From the NCBI GenBank assembly GCA_964016885.1, contig OZ024742.1:347014001-347078000 (forward strand): 64,000 nucleotides of DNA. The letters are read 5' to 3'. Source of the stretch: Eledone cirrhosa (taxonomy: Eukaryota). Under the pieces are notes generated by a model. The model was not told the origin of the DNA and searched no databases. It was given only the letters and a program-made list of their open reading frames with translations. A program made the position numbers and the translations under genes. Shown here in pieces: positions 61,916-64,000 of the stretch. The stretch's first letter is position 1; the number at the start of each line of letters is the position of its first letter.

Positions 61916-62322
61916 ATAGAAAGATTTGAATGGATACAGTTTAGTTGAAAGGAATTTATTGACACGTGTTTCTATAACAGTTACATAACCTAAAACAGCT
62001 GCTATCTACAAACTTTTAGTTATGCAGACATTCAATATTTCAATGTTATTATTTACTGTCATTTCATCAGAATAATATTACTGAGGACCTATTTAGTTTT
62101 TATAGAGAATATTCACCCCTCCCTCCTAATATTCTCTATAAAAACTAAATAGGTCCTCAGTAATATTATTCTGATGAAATGACAGTAAATAATAACATTG
62201 AAATATTGAATGTCTGCATAACTAAAAGTTTGTAGATAGCAGCTGTTTTAGGTTATGTAACTGTTATAGAAACACGTGTCAATAAATTCCTTTCAACTAA
62301 ACTGTATCCATTCAAATCTTTC

Positions 62323-62325
<3 letters not shown>
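61916..62325. repeat. Perfect palindrome (198-bp arms, 14-nt loop) with a hammerhead in each arm
   Basis: 61916-62113 is the reverse complement of 62128-62325. Confidence 0.9.
62166..62285 (+). ncRNA. Type I hammerhead-like motif with long stem II (mirror copy on minus strand 61956-62075)
   Basis: TTATT-CTGATGA-aATGACAGT...ACTGTTATa-GAAA-CACGTG-TC/AATAA. Confidence 0.65.
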
Positions 62326-62354
<29 letters not shown>

Positions 62355-62366
62355 TATATGTATATA

Positions 62367-62404
<38 letters not shown>

Positions 62405-62407
<3 letters not shown>

Positions 62408-63811
62408 CAAACGTGGAAGCACAGCCTAGAATCAAAAGGCCTTAAAATTAACCTGGCTAAGACTAAAGTTCTAGTTTGTAGGAAAGAAAATAAGGCGGCG
62501 GTCCCATCGGGGAAATGGCCATGCTCAGTGTGTAGGAAAGGCGTAGGTAGAAACTCCATTTTATGTCCCAAATGCAAAGTATGGGTGCATAAAAGATGTA
62601 GTGGGATCACAGGTAAGCTAACTAAGAACATAGATTTTACATGTGGCCGGTGCTCTGGTGCAATAAGTAGCAGCAAGTGCCCACAAAATACTAGCTCCTT
62701 CAACTGCGCAGAGGGTTCTATAGAAATAGTGGACAGCTTCCGTTATCTGGGTGACAAAATCAGCAGTGGGGGAGGGTGCTCTGAAAGTACAGTAGCTAGA
62801 GTCAGAACTGGATGGAAAAAGTTCAGAGAGCTTATACCACTATTAGCCGCTAGAGGGTTCTCCCTAAAAATGAAAGGCAGGTTATACGATGCCTGCATAC
62901 GAACAGCAATGCTGCATGGCAGTGAGACCTGGGCATTGTGTGCAGAGGATATACGCAGACTAGAGAGGAACGAAGCTTGCATGCTCCGCTGGATGTGCAA
63001 TAGTAATATACGTGAACGGCAAAGCATAAACGAACTAAGGAAAAAATTAGAAATAAGAGGGATCAGATGTTGTTTACTCGAGAGAAGGCTACGTTGGTAC
63101 GGTCACGTGATGCGCATGAAAGACGACAGCTGTATAACAAAGTGCAGGGCAATAAAGATAGACGGTAGCCACGGAGTAGGCAGACCCAGAAAAACATGGG
63201 ACGAGCTGATAAATTCCGACCTCACACGCTTACACCTCTCCAAGACAATGTCACTGGACCGAGACCTTTGGCGGTACTCAGTAATAGAGAAGACCCGCCT
63301 TACCTAAATACAAAGTAAAAACCTACTACAGTCAGTAGGCACCTCTATCAAAACACACCCCCGTCCCACCACCTCCACCCCACCCACACCGCCCCTTTCA
63401 ATGTAAAGTTATGTTGGTCCCACAACATCCAGGCCGAAACAAATGAGATCGTGTAGGTGTCACGACAAAAAACACACAGTCCACGCTGTAAATGTGGCCG
63501 TGTAGGCAACACGGTAAAAACCTCCCAGCCCCACACTGTAAATGTGGTTGGTGTTAGGAAGGGCATCCAGCTGTAGAAAACCCGCCAGACAGTCCACGCT
63601 GTAATGTGGCCGTGTAGGCAACACGGTAAAAACCTCCCAGCCCCACACTGTAAATGTGGTTGGTGTTAGGAAGGGCATCCAACTGTAGAAAACCCGCCAG
63701 ACAGTCCTATGCGAGCAAGACAACCACTCTTGCCTCAAGTGGGAAACCCCCGTCCAAACCCATGCAAGCGTGGAACACGGACGCTAAACCTGATGATGAT
63801 GATGATGATGA
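62405..63811 (+). mobile_element. Second, 5'-truncated copy of the same RTE LINE inserted in (TA)n
   Basis: Nearly identical to 60236-61640; open frame to the stop at 63307; (TGA)n tail. Confidence 0.9.
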
Positions 63812-63821
63812 TATATATACA

Positions 63822-63855
<34 letters not shown>

Positions 63856-63866
63856 CATATATATAC

Positions 63867-63903
<37 letters not shown>

Positions 63904-63918
63904 CATACATATATGTAC

Positions 63919-64000
<82 letters not shown>

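Overview
Eukaryotic, repeat-saturated window with no host gene. The SINE families, RTE LINE and (TA)n-rich background suggest a cephalopod/octopus-like genome (inference). 1-25628 is a head-to-tail array of at least five near-identical ~5.3-kb Ty3/gypsy CsRn1-clade LTR retrotransposons that share single 402-bp LTRs (CHCC Gag knuckle, tRNA-Trp PBS, GGGAAAC -1 frameshift). 25.9-30.4 kb holds a foldback element wrapping a PHD/LINE-ORF1-like fragment, a decayed ORF with a 2A-like motif, a G-rich minisatellite and a duplicated Helentron-like end. The main find is 32721-39266: an almost invariant 310-bp tandem repeat (17 copies, then ~4 inverted copies, inserted in (TA)n) in which every unit carries a type I hammerhead ribozyme with a palindromic minimal stem III, i.e. 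a retrozyme/Penelope-pLTR-like array. Four further, sequence-unrelated hammerhead motifs occur in the window, two of them also in inverted-repeat architectures. The rest is SINEs, a CR1-type fragment, a 14-kb purine-rich satellite, a 200-N gap and two RTE LINE copies.
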